A DNA stretch of 64,000 nucleotides from Puniceicoccales bacterium. Its GTDB lineage: Bacteria > Verrucomicrobiota > Verrucomicrobiia > Opitutales > JAIRKQ01. Of this stretch, positions 10,591 through 21,345 are shown piece after piece; the first letter of the stretch is position 1, and each line of letters opens with the position of its first letter. The position numbers and the translations under genes are program-made. The stretch covers positions 2,458 to 66,457 of the forward strand of contig JAISYR010000004.1 in assembly GCA_031269795.1 (NCBI GenBank). The letters are read 5' to 3'. The notes beneath the pieces were generated by a model. The model was not told the origin of the DNA. It ran no database searches and saw only the letters and a program-made list of their open reading frames with translations.

Positions 10591-10748
10591 GCCATATTGC
10601 TAGAGAACCATATTTTTACAAGGACAATCTTTGGAAAAGCTACACCGTGTGACCCTTTAATGCCCTGGCACTAACTGATCACACGACTTTTAGCATGCAT
10701 GCCTGGTGGTGTGCAACGTGATTGGACCTGGATATAAACGAAATGTGG

Positions 10749-11723
10749 CTATTGGCCCGCACTACAAAGGCCTAGGCATTTTTCCCATTTACTGAGTGAA
10801 TTCTTGACACTTTCCAACCGTAAATCTGATTCAACTAGATGTTGTAAGTATCTCCACTGTGGGGAGCGGCCAAGGATGGAAGGGTTCTGAATAATTTCAT
10901 CGGTCGTAGCTAAAATTTCATTGGTTACAAAATTAAGCACTCCTCGGATTTCCTCGTTTCCTATTCCTGCAATCTCATCGATAACTGCTTGTTGTCTTAC
11001 CTGAAGCTCGCCTCTAAGCGTAGGGCCCAAATCTCTTAATTGAGAGACTATTTCTTGCAATCTAGCGTTTGCTTGTTCTTGCAATTTAGCGTTCGCTTGT
11101 TCTTGCAATCTAGCGTTTGCTTGTTGCGATTGGGCGGCTTCTCGTCGCAATCGATCGTTTGTTGCATCCAATCGATCAATTTCTAGTCCCAATTGATCGT
11201 TTGTTCCTAGCAAATGAGAGATCCGTCGTTGTGCCACCGTAAGTCTTCGTATCTGTCTTAGTCTATCCACTTCGGCTGTTCCAGTTATCTCCCTTAACAT
11301 GCGGCAGGCCAGCCTGAATGGTCGAGTAATGATCATCCATATTATGCCTAAGGGAATAAGCCGACGCGTAGATCTTTCATTTGCCGCACAATATTCTCTA
11401 AATGCGGGTATTGCTACGAAGGTAAGTATGAGGGATGTTGCAATAATAGGGTGTGCAGCGGCCAATGACCATGCGAATTTGCAAAGAACGACCACCTTGG
11501 ATGCCAAAACCACAGCAAGTGGTATTGCAAAATGGCCGGCCTGTCTTGTACACTCCCCTAGTGTGCTAGCGCTCCTATTTAAAATATCTTCGGGAATAAC
11601 ACGACCCGCTTGAGTTAAATAACTTCCCAGGATGGGCCTCATTGTATTCCACCTGTCCATTAATGATTTAGCAATGCTCGCTCCATAAGCTGCCCATGTT
11701 GTTGTTTGATTTACACAATCCAT
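10749..11723 (-). CDS. hypothetical membrane protein, Inc-like (bilobed hydrophobic domain plus coiled coil)
   Basis: Two closely spaced hydrophobic segments (AGHFAIPLAVVLASKVVVLCKFAW / AAAHPIIATSLILTFVAIPAF) are followed by a long coiled coil containing LQEQANAR repeats. No Sec signal peptide. Confidence 0.55.
   Translation of the reverse strand: MDCVNQTTTWAAYGASIAKSLMDRWNTMRPILGSYLTQAGRVIPEDILNRSASTLGECTRQAGHFAIPLAVVLASKVVVLCKFAWSLAAAHPIIATSLILTFVAIPAFREYCAANERSTRRLIPLGIIWMIITRPFRLACRMLREITGTAEVDRLRQIRRLTVAQRRISHLLGTNDQLGLEIDRLDATNDRLRREAAQSQQANARLQEQANAKLQEQANARLQEIVSQLRDLGPTLRGELQVRQQAVIDEIAGIGNEEIRGVLNFVTNEILATTDEIIQNPSILGRSPQWRYLQHLVESDLRLESVKNSLSKWEKCLGLCSAGQ
11053..11124. repeat. 3 x 24-bp in-frame tandem repeat (encodes LQEQANA(R/K))
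   Basis: The unit tcttgcaatctagcgtttgcttgt is repeated three times with 1-3 substitutions, inside the 10749-11723 CDS. Confidence 0.9.
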
Positions 11724-11842
11724 ACTTTTCCTTTTTTCGTTATTTATCTTTTTTACACACTAAAAACCTCCCCAAGTCAAGTATTTTTGTAAAGAAATTT
11801 TAATTTCTTGTTTTCTATCCGAAGAGGGCTAAAAATACTGCC

Positions 11843-13354
11843 ATGGCGATTTGGTCATGGTTAAATGAGAGGGGATGTGGCATATTTTTACATATAAGTT
11901 CCCTACCAAGGGGGCAGGGAATTGGATGCTTTGGCGAGTCGGCCTATGAATTTATTAAATTTTTAGCAACATCCGGAATGAAATATTGGCAAATATGCCC
12001 CCTAAATCCGACGAGCTACGGAGATTCCCCCTATCAAAGTCCATCCGCTTTTGCAGGCAATCCATATTTCATCGATTTACAAGACCTTGTCGGAGAAGAA
12101 TTATTATTCCCTGCGGATTTGAATGGGCTAATGGAAATGGCGGAATCATTTGTCAACTTTGGGGAATTGTATAAAAATTTTTGGCCGGTTTTGAAGGTAG
12201 CATTCGAAAATTTTTTGCGCTTGGAAAACCATGTCGATGATTTTAATAGCTTTTGCCAACGATCCGCATGGTGGCTAGACAATTATGCCATCTTTATGGC
12301 CGTCAAAGATCAGTTCAGCGGTCACCTATGGACAGATTGGCCGAAGGAATTTTCTGATCCCGAAGTAGCATTAGACAAACTCCATTCCGACGAAAAACTT
12401 AGCCGAACGGCAACTTTCTACAAATTTATCCAGTGGATATTTAACAGACAGTGGAACAAGTTAAAAAACTTTGCCAATGGTAATGGCGTCGAAATCATAG
12501 GAGACATTCCGATTTTTGTCGGTTTTGATAGTGCGGATGTCTGGGCAAACAAGCGGATTTTTAAATTGCAAAAAGATGGATCTCCCAAATTTGTCGCAGG
12601 GGTTCCTCCGGATGCTTTTTCAAAAACTGGACAGCTATGGGGAAATTCCGTCTACGACTGGGATGTTTTAGCAGGTGATGATTTTTTATGGTGGACAAGC
12701 CGCATAGGGAGATGTGTGGAATTGTACGATGTGGTACGGTTGGATCATTTTCGAGGATTTTGTGACTACTGGGAAATTCCCACACCTGCCACTACTGGAA
12801 TGAACGGGAAATGGGTAAAATCCGTTGGGATAAAATTTTTCCAACATGTCGAAAAAGTATTCCCCTCCATAAAATTCATAGCAGAAGATTTGGGATGCCT
12901 AAATGACAACGTTACGCAATTGTTACGGGACACCGGGTTGCCTGGAATGAACGTATTGCAGTTTGCATTCGATGGAAATAATAAAAATAAATATCTTCCC
13001 CACGAACATGAAAAAAATAGTGTGTTGTATCTTGGGACCCATGACAACGATACGACTAGGGGGTGGTTCCATGCGTTGCCTGAAGATATAAGACATCAGG
13101 TAAGATGCTATTTGCGAACAAATTGCAATGACGTCGCATGGGATTTCATCAAAGAGGCATACGAGTCCCCATCCAATCTACTAATTTTGAGCATGCAAGA
13201 TATTCTAAACCTTGGATCAGAGGCAAGGTTTAACACGCCGAATATCCCTTCTGGCAACTGGCAATGGAGGATGACCACCGGACAATTTAATGGTCTGCGC
13301 GAATCTCGAACACCCCAATATTTGCACCACTTGCAGGATATCTATGGGCGGTAA
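11843..13354 (+). CDS. malQ: 4-alpha-glucanotransferase (amylomaltase, GH77)
   Basis: 503 aa with N-terminal GIFLHISSLP...GIG and the catalytic region VRLDHFRGF typical of GH77. Confidence 0.92.
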   Translation: MAIWSWLNERGCGIFLHISSLPRGQGIGCFGESAYEFIKFLATSGMKYWQICPLNPTSYGDSPYQSPSAFAGNPYFIDLQDLVGEELLFPADLNGLMEMAESFVNFGELYKNFWPVLKVAFENFLRLENHVDDFNSFCQRSAWWLDNYAIFMAVKDQFSGHLWTDWPKEFSDPEVALDKLHSDEKLSRTATFYKFIQWIFNRQWNKLKNFANGNGVEIIGDIPIFVGFDSADVWANKRIFKLQKDGSPKFVAGVPPDAFSKTGQLWGNSVYDWDVLAGDDFLWWTSRIGRCVELYDVVRLDHFRGFCDYWEIPTPATTGMNGKWVKSVGIKFFQHVEKVFPSIKFIAEDLGCLNDNVTQLLRDTGLPGMNVLQFAFDGNNKNKYLPHEHEKNSVLYLGTHDNDTTRGWFHALPEDIRHQVRCYLRTNCNDVAWDFIKEAYESPSNLLILSMQDILNLGSEARFNTPNIPSGNWQWRMTTGQFNGLRESRTPQYLHHLQDIYGR

Positions 13355-13412
13355 AATTTTGTTGACTCAATTGCCATTGTTCTCCAGGGTATGGGAAAGT
13401 TTTTGGCAAAAA

Positions 13413-13682
13413 ATGACTTCAAATTGTTTAAAACTTTTCGACAAAGTATGCAAATTTTTTGCGGTCCTATTGATAGAGTCATACAGAAATATTCTGTCGC
13501 CGCTCAAAATTGCCCTGTTGGGACCATCTGCCCGGTGTAGGTTTTACCCGACATGTTCAAGCTTTGCCCAATTAATGCTTAGACGATATACGTTCCGAAG
13601 GGCATTTTATTTTTCCGTGAGACGAATTCTGCGATGTAATCCATTTTGGAAGCGTAGAAGTCGTAGGGTAAAACCCGGATAA
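13413..13682 (+). CDS. yidD: membrane protein insertion efficiency factor YidD
   Basis: YRNILSP...CRFYPTCSSFAQ...RILRCNPF matches the YidD core. The ATG at 13413 is chosen because the longer track ORF overlaps the malQ 3' end. The C-terminal tail is atypically basic. Confidence 0.75.
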   Translation: MTSNCLKLFDKVCKFFAVLLIESYRNILSPLKIALLGPSARCRFYPTCSSFAQLMLRRYTFRRAFYFSVRRILRCNPFWKRRSRRVKPG

Positions 13683-13727
13683 AAGCTTATGCTAATTGAC
13701 CGCATAGGCTAACCATAGCCTATTTCA

Positions 13728-14546
13728 CTATTTATATTCCAGTATTGCATCGTCGTCGGAAGAAATGGTTATTTTTTTGATCCTGTGCAGGTTGTGTTTA
13801 CACTTTTCGTTCATTAGGAAATCTAGTTTCATCAGTTGAAGATGAAAATTCTGTGGCTTCAGTGCAACGGCTATTTCATTTTTGAGGTGCAGTTCTATGG
13901 TCGACCAAACAGCACCCGCCCGGTGATCATAGTTCCTGAGATCGAGGAATTTTATCGATTGAAAAATATCTGGGAATTCACCTTTTAGTATGGTAATAAA
14001 CTCTCTAACGGTAGATATTCCTACCTGGGAAAGGAATTGTAATCTATTTGTTTTCTTTGCCCTTAAAATTAAATTAACGGGCAATAGGTCTAAAATGTCT
14101 TCTCGGCCGTAGCAAATGGGTAAAAAGATTCTGCCATCTTCTCCATCAACGAGGAGCAATTTCTTTTCTCCACCGACATTGGCTAGCAATTTCAATATGG
14201 GCACGCATTCGTTGGTTTTTATATATAGCGTATCGGGATAGCGTTTTTCTATGAAAACGTTCCTAATTTGAGAAATGGCTTCCAGCCGTTCTCTCATGGA
14301 GGAAATATCCAGTGAAAATAAATCAGTACCTTTCCCAATATGCAGCTCATGGGCCAGCCACGGCGCTGTGATTTTTCCATTTGTTTTGAAGATTATCCTT
14401 TTGAGCTCATTCGCCGGGGGAATGGATGGGGGGTGAATCATATTCGATTTTTTGCAAAATACAACCCCCGCCCCTACCAAGGCGACGCCAAATAGCACGA
14501 GCACTACCAATAAAAATGTTTTCCATTTACCCATTGAATCCAACAA
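13728..14546 (-). CDS. FtsQ-like cell division protein (bitopic, POTRA-like)
   Basis: Single N-terminal transmembrane anchor (FLLVVLVLFGVALVGAGVVF) followed by a periplasmic domain with a POTRA-like pattern (VFIEKRYPDTLYIKTNECVPILKL...LLVDGEDGRIF). Confidence 0.5.
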   Translation of the reverse strand: MLDSMGKWKTFLLVVLVLFGVALVGAGVVFCKKSNMIHPPSIPPANELKRIIFKTNGKITAPWLAHELHIGKGTDLFSLDISSMRERLEAISQIRNVFIEKRYPDTLYIKTNECVPILKLLANVGGEKKLLLVDGEDGRIFLPICYGREDILDLLPVNLILRAKKTNRLQFLSQVGISTVREFITILKGEFPDIFQSIKFLDLRNYDHRAGAVWSTIELHLKNEIAVALKPQNFHLQLMKLDFLMNEKCKHNLHRIKKITISSDDDAILEYK

Positions 14547-14676
14547 CTTTCGCAGAAGCCAAAACCTGGCCCAAGATTGCCAAATTTTTCTTTGTTTTCA
14601 ATAAAATTTATATCAAAAATATCTTTCATGAAAGATTTCATTGACTAAAGCGAATGGCACAACATTACCATCCACC

Positions 14677-15426
14677 ATGGCTGAACAAGAATTATCTGGG
14701 AAAATTTGCGTCGTAACCGGTGCCGGACGAGGAATTGGGAAGTCTATTGCCATATCCCTCGCAAAAATCGGTGGTCATATAATTTGCATCAGCAAGTCCG
14801 AAGATAGTTGTGGTACCTTGGCACAGGACATACGAAACCAAGGATATTCTGCCGAACATATGGCTGTCGATGTATCTTCCACTGACCTGGTTTCAGATGC
14901 TTGCAAAAGCATATTGGGAAAGCATTCTGCCATTGACATTTTGATAAATAACGCTGGCATAACTCGGGATAATTTGATGCTAAAAATGTCTCAGCAAGAA
15001 TGGCAGGAAGTTTTAAACACGAATTTAAGTAGTTGTTTTTATTGGACTAAAAATTTACTGCATCCCATGATGAAAAAACGATGGGGAAGAATCATTAACA
15101 TGGCATCCATTGTCGGCCTGATAGGTAACTTCGGCCAGGCGAACTATGCTGCAGCCAAGGCGGGAATAATTGGGTTTACCAAGTCCATAGCCAAAGAGGT
15201 TGCCTCCAGAGGCATAACGGCAAATGCAGTAGCTCCCGGATTTATACGGACTGACATGACCAGTAAACTCGGTGAAAACATGGTGGCAGAATTGTTAAAA
15301 AATATTCCGATGAAGGAATTGGGCACGCCGGACGATGTGGCAGAAGCCGTAAAATTTCTGTGTTCACGGGGAGCTAGGTACATCACGGGACATGTTATTA
15401 ACGTCGATGGTGGGATGGTGATGTAA
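14677..15426 (+). CDS. fabG: 3-oxoacyl-[acyl-carrier-protein] reductase
   Basis: SDR motifs TGAGRGIGK, NNAG and YAAAKAG (YxxxK). Lies upstream of acpP-fabF. The ATG at 14677 is preferred to the TTG at 14641. Confidence 0.93.
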   Translation: MAEQELSGKICVVTGAGRGIGKSIAISLAKIGGHIICISKSEDSCGTLAQDIRNQGYSAEHMAVDVSSTDLVSDACKSILGKHSAIDILINNAGITRDNLMLKMSQQEWQEVLNTNLSSCFYWTKNLLHPMMKKRWGRIINMASIVGLIGNFGQANYAAAKAGIIGFTKSIAKEVASRGITANAVAPGFIRTDMTSKLGENMVAELLKNIPMKELGTPDDVAEAVKFLCSRGARYITGHVINVDGGMVM

Positions 15427-15486
15427 AAAAGGCTTGCGTAGCAGAATGGGATCATTTTGATGCGGAAGACGTGAGGGGTTTTACTT

Positions 15487-15747
15487 ATGACAAGCAATAA
15501 TATAGAATCAAGAGTTAAGAAAATCATTGTTGATCAATTGGATGTAAACGAAGAACAGGTAACATTGGAAGCATCGTTCCTCGATGATCTTGGGGCTGAT
15601 TCTCTCGATACCGTTGAATTGGTAATGGCGTTCGAAGAAGAGTTCAAGGATGAGATCAAGGGAGAAATTCCAGAATCAGAGGCTGAAAAAATGCGTACCG
15701 TTAAGGATGTCGTTGATTTCATCAGCAAAAAAATAGAAAGTGAGTAG
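15487..15747 (+). CDS. acpP: acyl carrier protein
   Basis: 86 aa with the phosphopantetheine attachment site [12 protein letters not shown]. Confidence 0.96.
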   Translation: MTSNNIESRVKKIIVDQLDVNEEQVTLEASFLDDLGADSLDTVELVMAFEEEFKDEIKGEIPESEAEKMRTVKDVVDFISKKIESE

Positions 15748-15766
15748 CAAGTTGCCCCACTAAGCA

Positions 15767-17035
15767 ATGGCCACTATACGTACAATTAACGGGTTTGGGA
15801 AACGTGTTGTCGTTACGGGTATTGGGCTTGTTACCCCCGTCGGGATAGGAACGGAGGAAACTTGGAAAAATTTAATAGGCGGAAAAAGCGGGATAACGGC
15901 TGTGACATCTTTCGATGCTAGCAATTATCCATGCCGCGTAGCCGGGGAACTCAAAAATTTTAATGCGGAGGACTTTATCGATAGCAAATCGATAAAACGA
16001 AACGACATATATGCAATCTATGCAATCGCAGCTGCAAAGATCGCAGTCAATGATGCAAAGATCGATCTCAATAACGTTGATAGGTCTCGCATCGGTGTCA
16101 TTGTAGGCTCTGGAATTGGGGGAATGTCAACGATAACGGAACAAACCAGAATTTTTTTCCAAAAGGGACCCCGTTATATTTCCCCATTTATGATACCGGC
16201 TCTCATCGCCAACATTGCATCCGGGATTATTGGTATGGAATTGGGATTGAAAGGGCCAAATTTTGGAGTTCTCAGTGCGTGCGCAACGAGTACCCATTCG
16301 GTTGGGGAAGCTTTTAACTGGTTGAAACTTGGTAAAGCGGATGCCATTTTTACGGGTGGTAGTGAAGCTGCCGTTACACCCGTAAGCCTTGCCGGTTTCT
16401 GTTCCATGCGAGCCGTTGCAACGTCATATAATGATACACCTGAATCCGCGAGCCGCCCATTTGATGCAACCCGCGATGGTTTTGTCATGGGTAATGGGGC
16501 AGGAATTTTGCTCCTAGAAACCTTGGAACATGCACAGTCAAGGGGGGCAAAAATTTACTGTGAAATCGTAGGATATTCTGCCAGCTGCGACGCATATCAC
16601 GTAACTGCTCCTGATCCTAGAGGGGATGGCCTTATAAGATGCTATGAGGAATTATTTGCAGAAACGGGCGTAGACCCTTCCGACATACAGTATATTAACG
16701 CCCACGGCACGTCTACTGCATACAATGATAAATATGAAACGGTGGCCATAAGGAGATTTTTTGGAGACCACGCAGATAAGCTTTTTATCAGTTCCACCAA
16801 AGGAGCAACCGGACACCTGTTGGGTGCAACCGGTGCCGTTGAATCTGCAGTCTGTGCTAAAGCAATAGAGACTGGGATCATTGCTCCCACCATAAATTAT
16901 TCTACGCCAGATCCCGAGTGTGATCTCAACTATGTACCGAATAAATCCATAGAAGCGGACGTTCGCTACGCCATCAACGAAAGCATGGGATTTGGTGGAC
17001 AAAATGCGGTTTTGATGTTTAAGAAATTCCCCTAA
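15767..17035 (+). CDS. fabF: 3-oxoacyl-[acyl-carrier-protein] synthase II
   Basis: 422 aa with active-site Cys context SACATSTHS, and HGTST and GHLLGATG motifs. Confidence 0.95.
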   Translation: MATIRTINGFGKRVVVTGIGLVTPVGIGTEETWKNLIGGKSGITAVTSFDASNYPCRVAGELKNFNAEDFIDSKSIKRNDIYAIYAIAAAKIAVNDAKIDLNNVDRSRIGVIVGSGIGGMSTITEQTRIFFQKGPRYISPFMIPALIANIASGIIGMELGLKGPNFGVLSACATSTHSVGEAFNWLKLGKADAIFTGGSEAAVTPVSLAGFCSMRAVATSYNDTPESASRPFDATRDGFVMGNGAGILLLETLEHAQSRGAKIYCEIVGYSASCDAYHVTAPDPRGDGLIRCYEELFAETGVDPSDIQYINAHGTSTAYNDKYETVAIRRFFGDHADKLFISSTKGATGHLLGATGAVESAVCAKAIETGIIAPTINYSTPDPECDLNYVPNKSIEADVRYAINESMGFGGQNAVLMFKKFP

Positions 17036-17253
17036 ATGTCTTTCTGCCAAGGTTTAAGAAATTGTAAGGGAAAAAATCTCACTCCTGGGTGGTTAGGCAG
17101 TTTTTATTTTTACTCCCAACATTCACTGGTAAATGGTAAAATTATGGACTTTAACATTGGTCCGAAGGGACATGGTAAAGCGTGGCAAAAAAATTAATGT
17201 GCTTGACACAGAATTCATTAATGATAGATGTGACACGAGGGTTTTGATGTTGT

Positions 17254-17280
17254 AAAGTGGGAACCATCCCACTTTTTATT
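17254..17280 (+). terminator. intrinsic-terminator-like hairpin immediately upstream of nusA
   Basis: aaagtggga-acca-tcccacttt gives a 9-bp stem and 4-nt loop, running into a TTTTTATT tract. It ends about 25 nt before the nusA ATG. Confidence 0.5.
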
Positions 17281-17305
17281 ATTGAATGCATTCGAAGGTA
17301 AGTTG

Positions 17306-18559
17306 ATGAGTACTAATGGTCAGATATTGTCGGTGTTGGAGTACATGGAAAAGGAAAAAGGTATTAGCCGGGATGATATGATTGAAACTATCGGTGAAGC
17401 AATTCGTACGGCAGCACTGAAAAGCATAAACGCTGGCCATGATGTTAGGATAGAGATTAACCCTAAAACAGGGAAATTGCAGGCCTGGGCAATATTTGAA
17501 GTAGTGGACTCCGTCAGCGATCCGAAAACGCAAATTCATTTGAGCAAAGCATCGTTGCTGGATGAAAATGCAGAAGTTGGTTCCGTCATAGAAAAAGAAA
17601 TTGATCCAGCGTTTTTGGGAAGAATTGCCGCGCAGACGACCAAACAAGCAATTCTACAACGGGTGAGGTTTTTCGAAAAGGAAAAACTTTACAATGACTT
17701 TAAAAGTCGTGTGGGAGATATAGTTTCGGGAACCGTTAAAAATATCGATGGCGGAAACCTGTATATCGATGTGAATGGGGCAGAAGCCATAATGCCAGCC
17801 CGTGAACGTGCTCGGGGAGAAGAATTTTCCATCGGCGAAAGAATCCGATGTTTGCTATTAAAACTTGATCCGTCGAGTAGGGATGCAGAATTGGTCCTTA
17901 GCAGGAGCCATGTGAATTTTATCAGACGGTTGTTGGAGATTGAGGTCTCTGAAATTGCTGATGGTAGTGTGACGATCAAGGGTATCGCCCGTGAACCGGG
18001 GTATCGAACAAAAGTTTGTGTGGGAACGAACGATAAAAACATCGATCCGGTTGGTGCCTGCGTTGGTATCAGAGGAATAAGGATAAAAAGCATCGTTCGA
18101 GAACTTAGTGGGGAAAAAATTGATGTCATTCGATATGATGATGATCCCGAAAAGTTGCTCTTTGAGGCAATAAAGCCAGCAGTCCCAAAGAATGTTCGCG
18201 TTGACCATGACAGCAGGAGAATTTATTTCGAAGTCGCAGAGAAGGATCTAGCAGTTGCAATTGGCAAGCACGGATTAAATGCGAAGTTGACATCCCGTAT
18301 GATGAACTGGCGCCTGGATATAAGTAAAGAAAACGAAGCGGTGCCTGAAAATTTCGACGAGAAATTGGAGCGAGCAATAGCCGGTCTGCACGGAATTCCA
18401 GGTATCAGCGATGGGCAGGCACAAAAACTTGTAGCCATCGGAATTACAGACATAGATGCCTTCGAAGGAGTTAATGCCGAAGATTTAGCAGAAGCTGGAT
18501 TCGATATGGATGTATCCCAGAAAATATTGGACAGTGTGCGAAAATTCTGCAAAAAATAA
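17306..18559 (+). CDS. nusA: transcription termination/antitermination factor NusA
   Basis: MSTNGQILSVLEYMEKEKGISRDDMIETI is a typical NusA N-terminus. S1 and KH regions follow, and infB lies downstream. The ATG at 17306 has a GAAGG RBS. Confidence 0.95.
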   Translation: MSTNGQILSVLEYMEKEKGISRDDMIETIGEAIRTAALKSINAGHDVRIEINPKTGKLQAWAIFEVVDSVSDPKTQIHLSKASLLDENAEVGSVIEKEIDPAFLGRIAAQTTKQAILQRVRFFEKEKLYNDFKSRVGDIVSGTVKNIDGGNLYIDVNGAEAIMPARERARGEEFSIGERIRCLLLKLDPSSRDAELVLSRSHVNFIRRLLEIEVSEIADGSVTIKGIAREPGYRTKVCVGTNDKNIDPVGACVGIRGIRIKSIVRELSGEKIDVIRYDDDPEKLLFEAIKPAVPKNVRVDHDSRRIYFEVAEKDLAVAIGKHGLNAKLTSRMMNWRLDISKENEAVPENFDEKLERAIAGLHGIPGISDGQAQKLVAIGITDIDAFEGVNAEDLAEAGFDMDVSQKILDSVRKFCKK

Positions 18560-18568
18560 AAAGATAAG

Positions 18569-20998
18569 ATGAGTATAAGAGTATATCAATTAGCGAAACG
18601 GCTGAACTTGGAAAATAAACAGGTGATTCAGTTGTTGCGTGAACGGGGGTTTGATTTTAATAGCCCTTCAAATTCGATTTCATCAATATATGCGGACGCA
18701 CTCATAGAAGAAATTGGGAACAAAAAATTTCCCATCGGAGGAATGTCTTCCCTTTCTCCTTTGGAACAAAAAACTCAAAATTTTGGAAATGTTCAAGGTA
18801 ATATGCCCGGTGACGGTGCCATGGGAACCACAGAAATTCCCATTTCCAATGCCCTGTCAAAGGAACAACCAAGTAGTCTCGGTTCGAAAATTAGTACGAT
18901 GGATACCAATATCGGCAATCAATTTAGATTTCCGCCCGATGTTGAAAAGCCTACCATCGACAAAAATTCTCAGGGGTATTCCGGGTTAAGGCAGGGAAGG
19001 ACAGATAAACGGGAAAAACCTGTGATGATCGCAGTTAGCTCGCTGGACAGAACGAGAAAAAAAGATAGTGAGCCCGAAGTGCGGTTGCCCGAGTTGAAGA
19101 AGCCTCTGCCCACCGTCGATGGCAAAATTCGTGATTCCGGAGAGAACATAGCGACTACCAATTCTAGGCCATTTTTAAAAAAAATTGAACGGCAACCCCT
19201 GAAAGATGAAATATTGCAAGCCATTGAAGTTAAAACTCCACTCGTGGTACGGGCATTGGCTACCCAGATGAACATTAAACCTTTCCAGCTGATATCCAAG
19301 CTGATGAGCATGAACGTTTTTGCGTCGATGAATCAAGAAATTGACATGTCCATTGCCCAAGATGTTGCAGAAAAATTTGGATATAAGTTAGTCATCGCCA
19401 AGCAAGAATCGGTAAAAATTGCCAAACCAAAATTGCCCACTAGGCCGGATATCCCCGTTGAAAAGAAGGGAAAAAATTTGGTCGAGCGTCCTCCGATAGT
19501 GTGCATATTGGGGCACGTTGACCATGGGAAAACCACGCTGCTTGACACCATTAGGCACGCACATGTTGCAGCTGGAGAAGCGGGAGGAATCACCCAACAC
19601 GTGGCAGCCTATCAGATTGAACAGGGTGGGAGCAAAATAACTTTTATTGATACTCCCGGCCATGCGGCATTCTCGAAGATGCGAGAACGGGGAGCAAATC
19701 TGACCGACATAGGGGTGCTAATAGTTGCCGCCGATGATGGGTTTATGCCGCAAACGGATGAGGCTCTGAAATTTACGCAAAAAGCAAATATTCCGATTAT
19801 TGTGGCCATCAATAAAATTGATTCCAAAGGAGCAAATCTTGATAGGGTGAAACAGCAGATGCAGCAACGGAATATTACTCCAGAAGAGTGGGGTGGCAAA
19901 ACATTGTGCATTGGAATTTCTGCTCTCCAAAAGACAAATATCGAAAATCTTTTGGAACTAATTCTGTTGCAAGCGGAAATTATGGATTTACGGTCAGATT
20001 TGTCGAGCTCCGCGGAAGGAATTATACTGGAATCTAAGGTTACTCCTGGGCATGGTGCAATGGCAAGTGCCATTATACAAAACGGCATTTTGAAAGTCGG
20101 GGATTGCATTGTCTGTGGCCCCTGCTATTGCAAGGTGAAGTCATTGATCAATGATCGTGGACAACGGATAGAAGAAGCTTCTGCCTCAACTCCCGTAAAT
20201 ATTATCGGATGGTCTGAGATTCCCGAAATCGGTTCAAAATTCACATCGGTTGAGAACGAAAAAGTTGCCCGCAGACAAGCAGAGGAGACAGAGATGGAAC
20301 TTAAGAAGGTCCAAAGTTTACAAAAAGGTAACAGGGAAGAAATTGTCAATTTGGATCAATTATTTTCTGCAATAGCTGCCGTCGAGGAAAAAACTTTAAA
20401 TGTGATTTTACGGGCAGATGTCCATGGCAGCGTGGAGGCCCTAAACGATATTTTGGGGACCATACATAGCAAAAAAATTAAATTAAACATTTTGAACTAT
20501 GGGGTCGGTTCGATTAACAAGAATGATATTATTTTGGCAGATACATCGAAGGCACAGATCATTGCGTTTAATGTCAAAACGGAACCGAATTCCCAGGCCC
20601 TAGCAAAACAACTCGGCGTAAAGATTATTCAACATGACATTATATACGAAATCGTTGATAGGGTCCGGGAGGCTATGGCGGAATGTTTGGACCCAGAATT
20701 GCAGGAAAGCAAACTTGGGGCCGCTGAAATTCGTAAAATTTTTAATATCAAAAATAATATAATTGCCGGATGCATGACCATAGAAGGAAAAATTTTGAAG
20801 GAGAAATTTGCCCGTGTGATACGGAAAAAGGAAATGATTTTTCAAGGAAAATTTACATCGGTCAAGAGAGAAAAAGATTTTGTTAACGAAGTGCGGGCAG
20901 GTTTTGAATGTGGAATTATCATTAACGGGTTTGATACGTTCGAAATCGGAGACATCATAGAGTGCTTTGACATAATAAAAATTCAACCGTCCCTATAA
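18569..20998 (+). CDS. infB: translation initiation factor IF-2
   Basis: 809 aa with G-domain motifs [17 protein letters not shown] and NKID. Confidence 0.97.
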   Translation: MSIRVYQLAKRLNLENKQVIQLLRERGFDFNSPSNSISSIYADALIEEIGNKKFPIGGMSSLSPLEQKTQNFGNVQGNMPGDGAMGTTEIPISNALSKEQPSSLGSKISTMDTNIGNQFRFPPDVEKPTIDKNSQGYSGLRQGRTDKREKPVMIAVSSLDRTRKKDSEPEVRLPELKKPLPTVDGKIRDSGENIATTNSRPFLKKIERQPLKDEILQAIEVKTPLVVRALATQMNIKPFQLISKLMSMNVFASMNQEIDMSIAQDVAEKFGYKLVIAKQESVKIAKPKLPTRPDIPVEKKGKNLVERPPIVCILGHVDHGKTTLLDTIRHAHVAAGEAGGITQHVAAYQIEQGGSKITFIDTPGHAAFSKMRERGANLTDIGVLIVAADDGFMPQTDEALKFTQKANIPIIVAINKIDSKGANLDRVKQQMQQRNITPEEWGGKTLCIGISALQKTNIENLLELILLQAEIMDLRSDLSSSAEGIILESKVTPGHGAMASAIIQNGILKVGDCIVCGPCYCKVKSLINDRGQRIEEASASTPVNIIGWSEIPEIGSKFTSVENEKVARRQAEETEMELKKVQSLQKGNREEIVNLDQLFSAIAAVEEKTLNVILRADVHGSVEALNDILGTIHSKKIKLNILNYGVGSINKNDIILADTSKAQIIAFNVKTEPNSQALAKQLGVKIIQHDIIYEIVDRVREAMAECLDPELQESKLGAAEIRKIFNIKNNIIAGCMTIEGKILKEKFARVIRKKEMIFQGKFTSVKREKDFVNEVRAGFECGIIINGFDTFEIGDIIECFDIIKIQPSL

Positions 20999-21002
20999 TC
21001 CC

Positions 21003-21338
21003 ATGCCCCCATCACCGAGAATTATTCGATTAAATCAACTTATATATCAAGAGTTAAGTGTGATTCTACGCACGCTATTCCACGATTCAACGGCGAGAAT
21101 TTCCCTAACGGGGGTTTCACTTTCCCCAGATTTACACGATGCATGCGTTTATTTTTCTGTCCTGGGAGATGAAAATGACATCCGAAAAGCGACGAAATTT
21201 CTGCTAAAAAATGCAAAAAATCTATGCCAAACACTATGCCGGCGAGTAAAATTAAGACGTTCACCACATTTAAATTTCAAGTATGACAACTCCATCGCCT
21301 GCGGTCAAAATATTTTAGCAATACTAGATAGCCTATAG
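21003..21338 (+). CDS. rbfA: ribosome-binding factor A
   Basis: 111 aa in the conserved position after infB. RbfA-like pattern (R..R....I..EL..IL...). Confidence 0.85.
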   Translation: MPPSPRIIRLNQLIYQELSVILRTLFHDSTARISLTGVSLSPDLHDACVYFSVLGDENDIRKATKFLLKNAKNLCQTLCRRVKLRRSPHLNFKYDNSIACGQNILAILDSL

Positions 21339-21345
21339 ACTCACC

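Noticed and set aside
10666-10682. TGGCAC-taact-GATCA as a possible sigma54 (-24/-12) promoter near the NtrB-like theme.
   Set aside because: The -12 element (TTGC) is absent. The motif also lies on the plus strand between two minus-strand genes, so it has no gene to drive.
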